DNA of 64,000 bases from Fimbriimonadia bacterium (GCA_041483895.1 JBGPGO010000004.1:64001-128000), one strand, 5' to 3'; shown: positions 19,081 to 29,413, numbered from the stretch's first letter. Program-made: numbers and translations. Notes: generated by a model from the letters alone, not told the origin.

Positions 19081-19995
19081 TTACTTCTCACGGCGGCGAG
19101 GACGCAAGCCCCAGCGGCTGCGGAATTCTGACCAGAAGGAGGTTTGCTCTCGCTCGCCACAAAGCGTCCGTATCCATTCCGATTCGATCTGGGTCGTCTC
19201 CTGCGCGAGGCGATCGACCTCATCCAGCATAGGCTGCAGAGCCACTTGGAACTGGCCCATAAACTCCTCGCCCGCGGCAGCGGGCACACAGTTTACGTCA
19301 ACCTGCCGTCCCTTCATCACCCAAGCCGTCGGGCCATAAATCGACACGTGCTGCCGCATTTCCCATGCGCGGCGTTCAATTTGCCGAATGACATCTTCTT
19401 GCTCCCGATTGGCGGGATGATGCCGCTTGAATTCCGCCCCTTCCCGGCGCAACTCTCGACCCCTTTCCTCAATCCGCCGAAAGAGGGCACGGCCAGCATC
19501 GGAGCGGATTCGGGATCGCAGTCGATCCCTGTTCACAATCTTCTGCCGCTTCACTTCGGCCAATTCGTTCATGTATCGCTTCGCAGCCCAGGCCGCCTTC
19601 CGTTGCAACTCCTCGTTCTCAGAAAGGTCGCCCGTTGACAGTTTCTCTTCCATCTCGCTGAGCACCAAGAGGTAGTCGTCCGCCGCATCGAAATACCCCT
19701 CAAATTGCGGCCGCATGCTGCCCGGGATCGATCGATAAACATCGGTCATATCAATCTCAGGTGGCTCCGTCGGCTCCGGACGGGTCCTTCTCTCCCGGCC
19801 CTCTTTGCCCGCGACCTCCTTGGCAAGCCAGCGCAGTTCCGAAATCGGCTGCAGTAGCAGCCAGTCCTCGAAAAGCCCTCCGAGCATCAATTCCAGTGCC
19901 GCTCCCTCCCGGCCACCGTAGGCGCTCTCGTGCCACCGTAGCTTGATGCCAAACCGCCGGCAATACCAGCCGATCATATTCTCGTGTTCCGCCAT
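19081..19995 (-). CDS. Hypothetical helical protein, paralog of 18140-18961
   Basis: MIGWYC...ELMLGGLFEDWLLLQP; start uncertain. Confidence 0.65.
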   Translation of the reverse strand: MAEHENMIGWYCRRFGIKLRWHESAYGGREGAALELMLGGLFEDWLLLQPISELRWLAKEVAGKEGRERRTRPEPTEPPEIDMTDVYRSIPGSMRPQFEGYFDAADDYLLVLSEMEEKLSTGDLSENEELQRKAAWAAKRYMNELAEVKRQKIVNRDRLRSRIRSDAGRALFRRIEERGRELRREGAEFKRHHPANREQEDVIRQIERRAWEMRQHVSIYGPTAWVMKGRQVDVNCVPAAAGEEFMGQFQVALQPMLDEVDRLAQETTQIESEWIRTLCGEREQTSFWSEFRSRWGLRPRRREK

Positions 19996-20110
19996 ACCGA
20001 TAAGAATACGTCCGGGAGTATTCTTGGATGCGTTTCGGCTCACTTCGCGTACTAATAATCACACCGAGCATCGAAAGGGATGGATAATTAGGGATGAGTT
20101 CAATGGCCCT

Positions 20111-21301
20111 ATGGCAATAACCGCCGAAAAATCCGTGGCAAAGAAGCGGCCGCGCGCCCGGTCCGCCTTCAACCCGCTGTCGCCGGTCATGTTCCTTTGG
20201 CGCAACCCCGGCCAAACCATCCCCCTTTGCGGAGTGATCGTCATGGCGGTGCTGCTCATCGGCGGCATCGTGGCCATGCTGGATTCCATCCCCCACGCCA
20301 TCCGCACCGTCTACGGCTACAACAAAGAGTTCTGCATCGTCTGGCCTCGCGCGGACACGGAAAATACCCAAAAGATGGCCGACATGCTGCATGACGCGCC
20401 CCAATTGGGCCGCATGCTCCGCGTCCGCACCGCCATGATGCGCGTCAAGACCATCGTCGGCCAGTGGCCGTTCATCGTCTACGGCCTCTCGCAGCGCGAT
20501 TACCAGCCGATGATGGACCGCCTCGGGTTCACCATCACCGAGGGCCGGCTGCCGAGACCCGGCGAGCCCGAGATGGTTGTCTCCCGGCAGGTGGCGCGGA
20601 ACAAGAACCTGCATATCGGCAGCGTGGCGATGGGGCCGGACCTGACGGACGAGTACGCTACGGTGCCGGTCAAAGTGGTCGGCATCATGGACGGCAAGCA
20701 CTGGTTCGCTTTCACATCCGGGCGTTTCATCCGCGAACAGCCGCTGCTGCGAAGCGTGAGCCTTGTGCTGATGGCGGACGAATCGAAGAATCAACAGGCG
20801 CTCGACATATGGACCACCAAACGGATGAAAGGTACGCAGGCAAGGGTGTTCAGCTATGAGGAGCTCAACACGCAGACGGAAAAGGACCTGTCCACGCTCT
20901 ACCTGCTGCTGAACATCGTCATCGGCGCCCTGGTTGTCGTTATGGCCACCATGATGGGTCTGCTCGCCAACATCCACTTTTCCCAACGGATGGTGGAGTT
21001 CGGACTGCTGCAGGCCATCGGCTACACGCGGTCTAAGCTGCTGCGCCGCGTGGTCGGCGAAACTCTGCTGGTGGTCATCGGGGCCTGGATCATCGGTCTC
21101 GGCCTCACCCATTTAGGCCTCGAGATCGTCCGCACACAAGTGATGGACCCAAAGGGCTACCCGATGGTGATGGCGGGATGGGAGATCTATCGCTATACCC
21201 TGGCTGTCCCGGTCGCCATTGGGATGTTCGCCGTTCTGACTGTGTGGCTGAGGTTCCGGCGATTCGATCCAGTGGCCATCGTCGAGCGGAGGCTCGTGTG
21301 A
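20111..21301 (+). CDS. FtsX/MacB-type ABC permease
   Basis: N-terminal TM, EGRLPRPGEPEMVVS, SQRMVEFGLLQAIGY, ends RFDPVAIVERR. Confidence 0.88.
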   Translation: MAITAEKSVAKKRPRARSAFNPLSPVMFLWRNPGQTIPLCGVIVMAVLLIGGIVAMLDSIPHAIRTVYGYNKEFCIVWPRADTENTQKMADMLHDAPQLGRMLRVRTAMMRVKTIVGQWPFIVYGLSQRDYQPMMDRLGFTITEGRLPRPGEPEMVVSRQVARNKNLHIGSVAMGPDLTDEYATVPVKVVGIMDGKHWFAFTSGRFIREQPLLRSVSLVLMADESKNQQALDIWTTKRMKGTQARVFSYEELNTQTEKDLSTLYLLLNIVIGALVVVMATMMGLLANIHFSQRMVEFGLLQAIGYTRSKLLRRVVGETLLVVIGAWIIGLGLTHLGLEIVRTQVMDPKGYPMVMAGWEIYRYTLAVPVAIGMFAVLTVWLRFRRFDPVAIVERRLV

Positions 21302-21966
21302 TTCGAATCGAAGACGCCTCCCTGATCTATCGAGATTCGACCGGTCCGGTGCATGCCTGCCGAAGAATCAATCTGCAAGTGGAGACGGGCGAGTTTCTCG
21401 GTATCTTGGGCCCGAGCGGGTCGGGGAAAAGCTCTCTGCTCTATCTGATGAGCGGACTGAAGACACCGACGCACGGCCGCGTGCTGTATCAGGACCGGGA
21501 CTATCAGGAGCTAAAGGCAAGCGAGCGGGACCGGCTCCGGCTGGCGCGATTCGGCATGCTGTTCCAATACCCGTATCTTCTTGGTTATCTAACGGCATTG
21601 GAAAACGTGCTGGTCGGCGGGAACGGGCCGGTCCGGACGGCGCGCGCTGTGGAGCTGCTCGATCGCCTGGGGGTAGGCGACAAGCTGCATCGCCGGCCGC
21701 GAGCGCTTTCCGGCGGGGAGAAGCAGCGGGTCTGCGTGGCGCGGGCATTGCTCAACGAGCCGGAGGCTATCTTCGCCGACGAACCGACGGCGTCACTGGA
21801 CCATTCGACGGGAAAAGCTGTGGTGGAGACCCTGATCGAGCATCGGGGCGAAGGGACCATAATCCTGGTCACCCACGACCCGACGATGCTAGAGTCGGCG
21901 GACCGCGTGATCCGGCTAGAAGACGGGGAGATCGTGGGTGCCAATCCCTCGGAAGGCATGGTATAA
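21298..21966 (+). CDS. ABC transporter ATP-binding protein (LolD/MacB-like)
   Basis: [28 protein letters not shown] start overlaps the permease stop. Confidence 0.93.
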   Translation: MIRIEDASLIYRDSTGPVHACRRINLQVETGEFLGILGPSGSGKSSLLYLMSGLKTPTHGRVLYQDRDYQELKASERDRLRLARFGMLFQYPYLLGYLTALENVLVGGNGPVRTARAVELLDRLGVGDKLHRRPRALSGGEKQRVCVARALLNEPEAIFADEPTASLDHSTGKAVVETLIEHRGEGTIILVTHDPTMLESADRVIRLEDGEIVGANPSEGMV

Positions 21967-21974
21967 AGTAAGGG

Positions 21975-22217
21975 ATGTTGACAAAGTACATTCAGACGGC
22001 TATGAGCCTAGCCAAATACGAAGTTATTGAGGACGATAACACCTACTTTGGGTCTATTCCTGGATTCCAGGGATTGTGGGCCAACGCAGACACCCTCGAG
22101 GCATGCCGCGATGAGCTTATGGAGACACTGGAGGACTGGATCCTGGTTGGTGTTCGGCGCCAAATGCCGCTTCCCGTCATCGGCGGCATTGATTTGAATG
22201 TGCGCGCAGGGGTTTAG
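21975..22217 (+). CDS. hicB: HicB-family antitoxin (short form)
   Basis: YFGSIPGFQGLWANADTLEACRDELMETLEDWI. Confidence 0.85.
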   Translation: MLTKYIQTAMSLAKYEVIEDDNTYFGSIPGFQGLWANADTLEACRDELMETLEDWILVGVRRQMPLPVIGGIDLNVRAGV

Positions 22218-22435
22218 TGCCAAAACTAGGGCCAATCAATCGTCGTGACTTCATAAAGTTCCTGCGTAAGTGCGGATTCGATGGCCCATTCGCTGGAGCG
22301 AAGCATCAACTTATGACGAAGGGCGAAATTCAGATTCCTATCCCCAATCCACATCGCTCCGATATCGGACGCGGACTTCTCACAAGAATCCTGCGTGACG
22401 CAGATATTTCTCGCGAAGAGTGGGAGGCCCTTTGA
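22217..22435 (+). CDS. hicA: HicA-family mRNase toxin
   Basis: FLRKCGFDGPFAGAKHQLM...IPNPH...LLTRILRDADISREEW. Confidence 0.88.
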   Translation: MPKLGPINRRDFIKFLRKCGFDGPFAGAKHQLMTKGEIQIPIPNPHRSDIGRGLLTRILRDADISREEWEAL

Positions 22436-22617
22436 GGCTCGATTCCTACACCCAATTTGGCGGGCATCGCCGGGAAAGCAGGCCGTGTACGAATTGCGTG
22501 GCCTGCCCCCTGTGGCCGTGGATCCGCACGCCGATATCCATTCGCGGTTGACCACAAGAAGCCCTCAGCGGCGGGATCATGAAACTGCCTGTATAATATG
22601 AGGTAGAGGAGAGCCCA

Positions 22618-23502
22618 ATGAACGCACGCACTGGATTGGTTATAGGTAGCGCATTGTTCGCACTGATCGGATATGCTCATCCGATCTCGCAGGTCGTCTC
22701 TTTTGGCGACAGCCTGTCGGACAACGGCAACCTGTTCGCCCTCACGGGATATCCCGGCGCCCCCTACTGGCAGGGACGATTTTCCAACGGCCCCGTCTGG
22801 GTTGAATATCTTTCGAGCGATCTGGGTAAGACGTTAAACGACTACGCCTACGGCGGCGCGGACACGGACACCGTCAACACCCTTGCGCCCGGCACTGGAA
22901 TCCGATGGCAGGTGGACAGCTATCTGGCGGCGCATCCCTCCGTTGATTCCGACGCGCTCTATGTGTTGAACGGCGGCACTAACGACTACATCGATGGGGC
23001 GAGCGACCCAACGGTGCCGGTCAACAACTTTCTGGGTGAGATCCACGACCTTGCACAACATGGCGGCGGGCTGTTTCTGATCATGTCTCTTCCGGACCTC
23101 GGCATCACGCCGGCGCTCTACGGGACGGCGCTCCAGGACCTCGCGACGCAGCTCTCCATTCAGCACAATGCATTGATTCAATCCGGCCTCGCCGATATGG
23201 GCAGCCAGTTTCCTACGGTCCACTTCATCTATTTCGATGTGTTCGCGATTCAACACCAGATTTTCGACGACCCTGGAGCGTATGGGTTCACGAACGTGAC
23301 GGACAGCTATCTGGACAAAGGCTCGGGCGATCCGTACAACTATGCCTATTGGGACATCGGCCATCCGACGACGCACGCCCACCACATCATCGGCGACGCG
23401 GCGTACACCCTGGTGCCGGAGCCCTGCATAGCCGTTTCTTTCGCGGCACTAGTCGCCGCGGCTGTCCGGCGTCGGCAGCGACAGGGTCTACGGAGAGCGT
23501 GA
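22618..23502 (+). CDS. SGNH/GDSL esterase with PEP-CTERM sorting signal
   Basis: FGDSLSDNG, GRFSNG, GGTND, WDIGHPT; C-terminal VPEP, hydrophobic stretch, RRRQR. Confidence 0.92.
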   Translation: MNARTGLVIGSALFALIGYAHPISQVVSFGDSLSDNGNLFALTGYPGAPYWQGRFSNGPVWVEYLSSDLGKTLNDYAYGGADTDTVNTLAPGTGIRWQVDSYLAAHPSVDSDALYVLNGGTNDYIDGASDPTVPVNNFLGEIHDLAQHGGGLFLIMSLPDLGITPALYGTALQDLATQLSIQHNALIQSGLADMGSQFPTVHFIYFDVFAIQHQIFDDPGAYGFTNVTDSYLDKGSGDPYNYAYWDIGHPTTHAHHIIGDAAYTLVPEPCIAVSFAALVAAAVRRRQRQGLRRA

Positions 23503-24594
23503 GTGCACATTCGGAAAATGGATGTCCACAATATCCCTGACTGCATCGTAATGATAGGTCCCGCCGGCGGCAATCACGACGTCGCGAATGTATACGAACT
23601 TGACCTTCATAAGTGCATCGAATTCGCGCACGTTCTTGAGACGCGGTTTTCGCTTTAGCTTCGCAAGGAAATCGTGCGAGAATGATGGGCCCGTATCGGG
23701 ATCAACCTCCAGTACAATCTTATCTCGGAACAATCCCGACGACGGGTTCTTCCAGTTGCCGTCAAGATAGTACGCGTCCGTCAAGAGCTCCAGCGCCGAT
23801 CGAATGGGAACAAGCAAATCCCTAGGGTCGCCCTTGGGAAGGGCGCTACTGTACGGGTACAGGGCCGACGGTGGCACCGACTCGCCGTTGATCCTAAACC
23901 GCCAAAATGCGGGAATCTGCCAGATCCAAATGTCGAAGTCCGGTATAAAGCCTTTGAACTCCACCCATGCAAACTGCCGACCTAGCGGTCGCGGCACTAA
24001 GACCTCGTCGTAGCCTTTGCAGACAATGGGTTGCTGAAATTTTGTGACATTTGACCAGTCGATGATGAACCGCGCCGAGGAAATTTTGCCCAGCCAGGTC
24101 GCTCCAGTCGTGAGCTCATAGAATGCTCCACGCACCTTCTCGCCGGACTGCCATTGAATCGATTCATATTCCACACGAACCCGCCGTCTCTGGCCTTTGG
24201 CAAAGGCCACCTTCTTTATCCAAGCTCCCTCATGGCGGCGTTCCTCGTCGTCCGGATCGGGCTGCTCGAGGTATTTGAAGGAAACTCGCACCCGATTGCC
24301 GTCCACCCAAGACTTGAACCACCGGATACACCTGCGGTTCATCGTGTGGTCGCCCTCGTCAGGGAAGCCCATCGTGACCGTCGTCTTTCCGCCCGTGTTT
24401 TGAAAGACGAAGTCGGCTATCGCAATGAAAAACGTGTTATGCAGATAGATTCGGACGGTCTCGTTCACCATCCGAATCTGCTTGTTCTTGGAGAAGTTGT
24501 ATGCGCCGCCCACCTCGGCGGTGCTGCCATCGTCGGCATGGCAGGCGAGGATCGTGATGGTCGAGAAAAGGACGCTGATCAAAAACCGCCGCAT
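23488..24594 (-). CDS. Secreted DUF4424-like protein with copper-amine-oxidase N-terminal-like C-domain
   Basis: Signal peptide; IRMVNETVRI, FVFQNTG...MGFP, YELTTGATWLGKI; ends YIRDVVIAAGGTYHYD. Confidence 0.65.
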   Translation of the reverse strand: MRRFLISVLFSTITILACHADDGSTAEVGGAYNFSKNKQIRMVNETVRIYLHNTFFIAIADFVFQNTGGKTTVTMGFPDEGDHTMNRRCIRWFKSWVDGNRVRVSFKYLEQPDPDDEERRHEGAWIKKVAFAKGQRRRVRVEYESIQWQSGEKVRGAFYELTTGATWLGKISSARFIIDWSNVTKFQQPIVCKGYDEVLVPRPLGRQFAWVEFKGFIPDFDIWIWQIPAFWRFRINGESVPPSALYPYSSALPKGDPRDLLVPIRSALELLTDAYYLDGNWKNPSSGLFRDKIVLEVDPDTGPSFSHDFLAKLKRKPRLKNVREFDALMKVKFVYIRDVVIAAGGTYHYDAVRDIVDIHFPNVHSRSP

Positions 24595-24672
24595 GATGGC
24601 ACCCGCCTTACATTCTGCCGTTGATTATGTCACGGATGATACGTTCGTTGCGATGAAGTTAGCCTCCCGACG

Positions 24673-25764
24673 CTACCTAGGGAACTTTATGTTCACCCGA
24701 TCCTCGACGGGATCGTATTTGTACGATCCACCCGCCGCCTCGATCACATCCTTCAAGTAAACGTACGCTTCCGGCGCTTCGTCAGCCTCCGCCCGCTTCC
24801 AAACGACCGGACGGTGTAGCTTCACGGTCCTTCTGCCACCCAGCAAAGCGGTACCATCGTCGTTGATCTCGATTTCACCACCGAACCACTTGCAGGCAGG
24901 ATTCGTCCAGGGCACGCATCCGCCTGGACCGAAACCAGCGAACAGGTCGCCTAGTTGGCCAGTGTGAATCAGCAAATCTCTTGAATCGCCGCTTGGGAAT
25001 GGAAGCACGTACTCAAGGCAAGGGGCTGAGTTGATTACATCATTTACCATGAACCTCCAGAATCCCTTACACATCGTCACGTCTAAATCAAAATCAGGGA
25101 CATAGTGTCCGAATTCAATTGTTCTCGAAGTCATTCCGGTCCTTTTCCAAGGCTTTACATATTCGTGTCCCGAGGATGCTCTTGTGAACGTCAGTGTCGG
25201 GTGCTGGAACTCCCTAATATGTGACCAGTTGACGGTGATTCGTGTCGACGAGATCTTGCCGTGCCATGTGGCTCCGGTTGTAAGAATGTATGTTGCGCCC
25301 GAAATCGTGCCGCCCGTATACCAGTTCACTGCTTCGTAATCGACTCGCACGCGTCTAGTCTGTTTTGCTCCGAACTGCACCCACTTTGTCCACAATCCTT
25401 CGTGAGTTTCTTCCGGGTTCGTGTCTTTCGGTTGGGTGAGCTTCTTGTACTGGACCTTAACCGGTTTCCCATCGACCCAAGATTTGAACCGAATGATGCT
25501 ATGGGCTGCGCTGATGTTGCCACCTCGGTCGGGAAATCCCATCATGACGGCGGTTTTTGCACCGGTGTTTTTGAACGTGAAATCTACCGTTACATGATGT
25601 TGATCGTCATACATGTAAATGCGAACATTCTCGCTGACCATCCTGATCTGTTTGTTTTTGGAAAAGTTAACTGCCGACCCAACCTCAACGCTGCTTCCAT
25701 CGTTGGCACGGACGGCCAACGGTGCACCAACCGTGATTAGGAGAGCGAGAAACCATCGGCTCAT
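24673..25764 (-). CDS. Secreted DUF4424-like protein, paralog of 23488-24594
   Basis: NFSKNKQIRMV identical in both; YILTTGATWHGKI; YLKDVIEAAGGSYKYD. Confidence 0.65.
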   Translation of the reverse strand: MSRWFLALLITVGAPLAVRANDGSSVEVGSAVNFSKNKQIRMVSENVRIYMYDDQHHVTVDFTFKNTGAKTAVMMGFPDRGGNISAAHSIIRFKSWVDGKPVKVQYKKLTQPKDTNPEETHEGLWTKWVQFGAKQTRRVRVDYEAVNWYTGGTISGATYILTTGATWHGKISSTRITVNWSHIREFQHPTLTFTRASSGHEYVKPWKRTGMTSRTIEFGHYVPDFDLDVTMCKGFWRFMVNDVINSAPCLEYVLPFPSGDSRDLLIHTGQLGDLFAGFGPGGCVPWTNPACKWFGGEIEINDDGTALLGGRRTVKLHRPVVWKRAEADEAPEAYVYLKDVIEAAGGSYKYDPVEDRVNIKFPR

Positions 25765-25874
25765 GACCCATTATGTCATGGTTCGTACGTTTCTTCTTAC
25801 TATTCCAATCAATCTGAAACTTCTTGCCCGTGGGAAGCATCTAAGAGTTGATCCGTGTAGGCAAGGAGATGCAG

Positions 25875-26363
25875 ATGATAAGTTTGATTTGGGCGCTCGT
25901 CGTCGCCTGTTCGATATTGCCTCAGCACCAGGCGGCGCATCATCCGGTCGGGGGAATGCTTACCGGCGTCGTCGTCGCCGCCAAGGGCAAACCCATGCAG
26001 ACCTCCCTAGACATCGTCATGCCCCAGTATTTTGGCCAGGCACCAAACGGAGTGCGGTGGATGGAGAAGGATTCCACCGGGCATGAGGTTGAGCGCGTGG
26101 CGGAAGACGGCGGGCCGTTCCCAGCCGGAGAAGAGGTCAACCGCATATTGGACATCGACCTCAAAACCTTCAAGACGCAAGGCGCCCAGTTCTCCCGGTC
26201 GGTCAAGACCGACAAGCTCGGCCGGTTCACGCTGACCAAATTGAAGGCCGGACTTTACGTCATCACTCCCAAAAGTGGGAACGCCATCTTGGAGGTGGCG
26301 CGTATCTCGGCGGATCGGGGCCGCGAGGTCACGATCACGATGGGGCCACGGGTTGTGAAGTGA
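25875..26363 (+). CDS. Secreted protein with carboxypeptidase-regulatory-like (beta-sandwich) domain
   Basis: Signal peptide; TGVVVAAKGKP...KTDKLGRFTLTKLKAGLY; AAGGAG RBS. Confidence 0.6.
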   Translation: MISLIWALVVACSILPQHQAAHHPVGGMLTGVVVAAKGKPMQTSLDIVMPQYFGQAPNGVRWMEKDSTGHEVERVAEDGGPFPAGEEVNRILDIDLKTFKTQGAQFSRSVKTDKLGRFTLTKLKAGLYVITPKSGNAILEVARISADRGREVTITMGPRVVK

Positions 26364-26386
26364 TTTCCACCGTCGTGAGATAGGGA

Positions 26387-27064
26387 ATGAGGAGGGCTGA
26401 ATTGGCACGAACTCGTTGGATAATCGCGCTGTGCGCCTTCGCTTCAATCGCAATGGCGCACGATGTGTCGCTGTCGGGCAAGATAACAGACGAAACCGGT
26501 CGGCCTCTCTGGGGCGTCAAGGTCAGCCTGTTCGGCAACATGGACGGCCCGGCGACGCAGGAGGCGGTCACTGATGTACACGGCGAGTACCGCTTTGACC
26601 CCGTAAAGGCGCAGCTGGTGAAGGGGCATTACTACCCGATGCTGATGCTCCAGCACCCAACCCATGTCAGTGAGGACGGCAACTCGCACTGGAACCTCGA
26701 CATCCCCGACGAACTGGGCACAGCGGTTCAAAAGGATTTCCGGTTTGTGCAGGGCGGTGTTGTCTGGGGCGTGCTTCGGCACGTTATGGGCAAGCCGATC
26801 CAGATGGAGCTTCGCTTCGCCCTGTTGATGGATAATGAAACGGACGCGGCAAAGGTCCAGGCCACCATCAACACAGGCGGCATCCTCAGGAACTCATACT
26901 CCGCCAACACGGACCGGAAGGGGCAGTTCCTCGTCACCGGGCTCCCCGCCGGACATTACGCTATCCAGGCGATGCCGGACGGCGAGGTTCTTGGGTTTGT
27001 CGATGTCGCTGCGAAACAGTGTATTGGGGAGCTGGACCTGAGACGGCCACGTGTCAAGCTGTAG
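26387..27064 (+). CDS. Secreted protein with two carboxypeptidase-regulatory-like domains
   Basis: SGKITDETGRPLWGVKV...TDVHGEYRF; TDRKGQFLVTGLPAGHY. Confidence 0.7.
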   Translation: MRRAELARTRWIIALCAFASIAMAHDVSLSGKITDETGRPLWGVKVSLFGNMDGPATQEAVTDVHGEYRFDPVKAQLVKGHYYPMLMLQHPTHVSEDGNSHWNLDIPDELGTAVQKDFRFVQGGVVWGVLRHVMGKPIQMELRFALLMDNETDAAKVQATINTGGILRNSYSANTDRKGQFLVTGLPAGHYAIQAMPDGEVLGFVDVAAKQCIGELDLRRPRVKL

Positions 27065-27066
27065 CG

Positions 27067-27462
27067 TCAGATGGCTTCCAGAACCCTCCGGAGCGCTCCA
27101 GCAACCTCTGCGGCAAGTGGGGCGAGGGCGCCCCGCTTCTCCTCATCGACGAGGCTGAACAGCGCGGCGGCGTCCACAATGCCGACCTCGATCTGATCGC
27201 CGACCTGACGGAGAGTGACATTGCAGGGCAAGAGCAGTCCGACCGCTCGCTCCTCAGTGAGGGCAAGGTTGGCGAACTTCGGATTGCAGGCGCCAAGGAT
27301 CAGATACGGTTCGTAATCCGCGTCGATCTTCTCCTTCATCGTCTTCGCAACGTCGATCTCCGTCAACACGCCGAACCCCTCGCCCCTAAGCGCCGCTTCC
27401 ACCCGCTCCCGGACGCTCTCCATGCTGCCGCCTATCGCTTTGAACATGCCATATCTAGCCAT
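27067..27462 (-). CDS. DUF302 family protein
   Basis: EGFGVLTEIDV, YLILGACNP, VGLLLPCNV. Confidence 0.9.
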   Translation of the reverse strand: MARYGMFKAIGGSMESVRERVEAALRGEGFGVLTEIDVAKTMKEKIDADYEPYLILGACNPKFANLALTEERAVGLLLPCNVTLRQVGDQIEVGIVDAAALFSLVDEEKRGALAPLAAEVAGALRRVLEAI

Positions 27463-27510
27463 GAACCAATGGTACTCGTGAAGGGACGAATGCTTCTGTC
27501 GTGGAAATGA

Positions 27511-28818
27511 ATGACAATGAAACGGGTACTCACAATTCTCCTGCTGGCGGCGTGCGTCCACACCTGCCATGCCGGCGACGGGTTCAAGCCACTCTTCAAC
27601 GGCAAAGACCTAAAGGGCTGGAAAACCGTCAACTGCGCGCCCTCAACCTTCACGGTGAGAAACGGCATGATCTTCTGCACGGGCAAGCCGACCGGAGTGA
27701 TGCGCACCGAAAAGATGTACGAGAACTTTGTGCTTCAGGCTGATTGGCGGCACCTGGACAAAGAGGGCAATTCCGGCATCTTCATTTGGAGCGACGCGAC
27801 CACCGCGAAGGGCCAACCCTTCACGCGCGCCATCGAAGTCCAGGTGATGGTTGGTTCGGAGGCCGATTGGTACACCAGCGACGGGGACGTGTTTCCCATC
27901 CACGGCGCGGTGATGAAGCCGGAGAACCCCAGACCCAAAGGTGGCGATCGCGCTTATCCCACGGAAAAGCGCATGAGGCCCGGCGGCGAATGGAACCATT
28001 ACGAGATTACTTGCAAGGACGGCAGCATTTCGCTGGCGGTAAACGGCAAGATGGTAACGCGCGGCCACGATGTTAATCCGCGCAGAGGCTACATCTGCCT
28101 CGAATCCGAAGGCTCGCCCATCGAATTCAAGAACATTCGGATTAAAGAGATGCCGCCCGCAAAGCCGCCGCTGACCATCGTCCAAATCGCGCGGAAGGAC
28201 GACGGATTTCTGCCGATGTACACCGGCGTCGACTTCTCTGGGTGGAGGTTTGAGAAGGTCCATGAGGGCCATTTCAAGGCGGATGACTGGATGATTACAT
28301 TCGACGGCGGCGGGGACGATCTGTGGACGCAAAAGTCCTACAAAGATTTTGTCATGGTCTGCGACTGGCGATGGACGGCGAAGCCGGAGACCCATGAGCT
28401 GCCGGTGCTGCTGCCCAACGGCGACTACCGGCTCACAAACGACGGCACGCAGATGTCCGTGCCCATGGAGGACGCCGGAGACAGCGGCATCTATCTGCGC
28501 GGCAACAGCAAGAGCCAGGTGAATATCTGGTGCTGGTCGTGCGGATCCAGCGAGGTGCATGGCTACGTTACGGACGAGAAGCTGCCGCGCGAGGTCCGCG
28601 CCGGCGGAGTGCCCAAGGAGCGCGCCGACGCCGCGATCGGGCAGTGGAACCGGTTCGTGATCACAATGAAGGGGGATCGGCTTACCGTGGTCCTCAACAA
28701 CAAGACCGTCATCGACAACGCCCAGCTCCTTGGGGTCCCGAGCGAGGGCCCGATTGCGCTGCAGCACCACGGCGGGGCAATTCAGTTCGCCAACCTCTTC
28801 ATCAAGGAGATGAAATGA
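27511..28818 (+). CDS. Secreted tandem DUF1080 (3-keto-disaccharide hydrolase-like) protein
   Basis: LFNGKDLKGW, GNSGIF, GEWNHYEI, GDSGIYLRG, GQWNRFVI, GPIALQHHG. Confidence 0.9.
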   Translation: MTMKRVLTILLLAACVHTCHAGDGFKPLFNGKDLKGWKTVNCAPSTFTVRNGMIFCTGKPTGVMRTEKMYENFVLQADWRHLDKEGNSGIFIWSDATTAKGQPFTRAIEVQVMVGSEADWYTSDGDVFPIHGAVMKPENPRPKGGDRAYPTEKRMRPGGEWNHYEITCKDGSISLAVNGKMVTRGHDVNPRRGYICLESEGSPIEFKNIRIKEMPPAKPPLTIVQIARKDDGFLPMYTGVDFSGWRFEKVHEGHFKADDWMITFDGGGDDLWTQKSYKDFVMVCDWRWTAKPETHELPVLLPNGDYRLTNDGTQMSVPMEDAGDSGIYLRGNSKSQVNIWCWSCGSSEVHGYVTDEKLPREVRAGGVPKERADAAIGQWNRFVITMKGDRLTVVLNNKTVIDNAQLLGVPSEGPIALQHHGGAIQFANLFIKEMK

Positions 28819-28876
28819 GGCCGAAGTGACAAGTTGGATGAAGCGCGCGTATGAGATGGATGAATAGGGGGAAATC

Positions 28877-29413
28877 ATGGCGGAACGGATGAGCGATAAG
28901 GCTGTGCACTCGAAAACCGGGAAGACCTGGCCCGAATGGTTTGCGGTGTTGGACAAGGACGACGGCAAGAAGATGAGCCATAAGGAAATTGTCGCGGTCC
29001 TTGGCATAAAGCACGGCCTCGGGCCGTGGTGGCAGCAGATGGTGACCGTTGAGTATGAGCGGGATCGCGGCCTGCGACAAAAGTATGAGATGCCGGACGG
29101 TTTTCGAATCGCGAAGAGCCTAACCGTGCCGGTGCCGGTTGAGATGCTGTATGCCGCTTGGAAAGACGGTCGGCAGCGCAAGAAGTGGCTGGACGAGGCA
29201 ATCTCCATTCGTACGCCAATCGAAAACCGATCGCTTCGCGCCGATTGGTCCGATGGGAAATCGCTTCTGGTTGTGAACTTCATTGGCAAAAGCGACGTCA
29301 AATCGCAAGTGGTCTTGGAACATGGCAAGCTGCCGGATGCGAAAACCGCCGAACGCATGAAGCGGTACTGGACGGAGCGTTTCGCGGCGCTCAGAAGCGC
29401 ATTGGGTAGGTAG
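28877..29413 (+). CDS. Conserved hypothetical protein (DUF4287-like N-terminus plus SRPBCC-like region)
   Basis: KTGKTWPEWFAVLD...HGLGPWWQQMVTVEYE; LEHGKLPDA...YW. Confidence 0.7.
   Translation: MAERMSDKAVHSKTGKTWPEWFAVLDKDDGKKMSHKEIVAVLGIKHGLGPWWQQMVTVEYERDRGLRQKYEMPDGFRIAKSLTVPVPVEMLYAAWKDGRQRKKWLDEAISIRTPIENRSLRADWSDGKSLLVVNFIGKSDVKSQVVLEHGKLPDAKTAERMKRYWTERFAALRSALGR

Noticed and set aside
21975..22435. hicBA as a novel system
   Set aside because: Ordinary type II TA pair; short HicB proteins and this gene order are known.
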